A DNA stretch of 32,000 bases, from positions 30,001-62,000 of the forward strand of contig NZ_CP027570.1 of NCBI RefSeq assembly GCF_003010495.1. The letters are read 5' to 3'. Every line of letters starts with the position of its first letter. Within the stretch, counting starts at the first letter, position 1. The stretch is from Megasphaera elsdenii DSM 20460. Lineage in GTDB: Bacteria; Bacillota; Negativicutes; Veillonellales; Megasphaeraceae. The notes beneath the pieces were generated by a model. That model was not told the origin of the DNA, did not search any database, and saw nothing but the letters and a program-made list of their open reading frames with translations. Made by a program: the position numbers and the translations under genes. Of this stretch, positions 31,448 to 32,000 are shown piece after piece.

Positions 31448-32000
31448 TTAGCCCATCGCTTTCAGCGCTTCGATGGCGTCGAGATTACCTGTGGCAGCGG
31501 CTTTTTGATACCAGGCTTTGGCCTTGGCCGTATCGGCAGCTACACCCAGGCCGTACAAGTAGGCAATGCCCGTATTGAGCAGGGCTCGTCCGGCCGGGTT
31601 CCCCTTAGGACCATGGCCCTTTTCGCCCTGCTGGGCTGCCCCCTGGGTCGGAGCCGTCTGTTTCAGGACATCTTTGGCTTTTGTCTGAGCAAAGAGCCAA
31701 TCCCGGATGCCTTCGATATTGTAGGCAAAGGACCACGTGTACATATGGCTGCCGCCTTGGAAGACCGTATAGTTAATCGGTGCCTGCTGGTCTTCCATGA
31801 CCCGCATCATCTGTTCAAAGACAGGCGTCCCGCCAGTACTGTCCCACATACGGCTGCGGGCGACGACAGCGCCATCCTTTTCCCACAAGGCCGTCGCTTC
31901 ATTCATGCCGGGGAAGGCTTTCGTATCGCCTTGGCAGACCGTAATCCAAAGATTCTTGTCCTTCAGTTTTTCCATTTCCTGCGTATCCCACTGGCAGACG
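31448..32000 (-). CDS. Alpha/beta-hydrolase-like domain fused to a C-terminal Sel1-type repeat (5' end outside the window)
   Basis: The frame stays open upstream of the first Met to the window edge (...VCQWDTQEMEKLK). It has an esterase-like C-terminal His region (VFQGGSHMYTW) and a Sel1-like repeat (GIAYLYGLGVAADTAKAKAWYQKAAATGN). Confidence 0.65.
   Translation of the reverse strand, partial: VCQWDTQEMEKLKDKNLWITVCQGDTKAFPGMNEATALWEKDGAVVARSRMWDSTGGTPVFEQMMRVMEDQQAPINYTVFQGGSHMYTWSFAYNIEGIRDWLFAQTKAKDVLKQTAPTQGAAQQGEKGHGPKGNPAGRALLNTGIAYLYGLGVAADTAKAKAWYQKAAATGNLDAIEALKAMG

Noticed and set aside
1-32000. Mobile genetic element, prophage, defence island or toxin-antitoxin content
   Set aside because: There is no integrase, transposase, recombinase, phage structural gene, restriction/Cas-like gene or small paired TA ORFs. 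There is also no flanking tRNA or long direct repeats. Gene content is housekeeping plus the iron island.

Overview
A 32 kb chromosomal segment with about 55% GC and Firmicute-style gene content. The diderm-type genes and dnaK-operon layout suggest a Negativicute such as Megasphaera or another Veillonellaceae, but that is inference only. I support 30 protein-coding genes, almost all on the minus strand from 4.5 kb onward. I see no rRNA, tRNA, CRISPR array, transposase or integrase.

**Left third.** A partial ABC-F ATPase, ftsH, a MOP-family (SpoVB/MurJ-like) flippase, a class-I aminotransferase, alanine racemase, an S12 (AmpC-fold) serine hydrolase, a secreted M15/LAS-like peptidase-like protein, a secreted TPR protein and a secreted esterase.

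**Middle: an iron island.** A DUF2325-feoA-feoB-Cys-rich-peptide operon sits directly next to a four-gene cassette. The cassette comprises a small glycine-zipper membrane protein, two cysteine-less HMA-like proteins and an atypical P1B-type ATPase carrying S-C-G instead of CPC in TM4. I interpret it as a ferrosome (fez)-like iron-storage organelle system. This is the most interesting candidate in the window.

**Right part.** An atypical kinase-fold protein, yraN-comM-dprA, and a HIT protein plus an untracked 41-aa membrane ORF. These are followed by the complete hrcA-grpE-dnaK-dnaJ-prmA-rsmE-mtaB heat-shock operon with a CIRCE-like operator, and a partial hydrolase-Sel1 fusion.

**Non-coding DNA.** It is unusually structured:
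- Period-7 (heptad) GT-rich repeat arrays sit at gene 3' ends, and some of them supply the stop codon.
- A family of 8-bp GC hairpins followed by CTAC occurs at three loci.
- A ~47-nt repeat occurs at three loci.
- Two perfect-consensus promoters drive the two iron operons.

All coordinates and motifs were read by eye from the sequence. No database search was possible.
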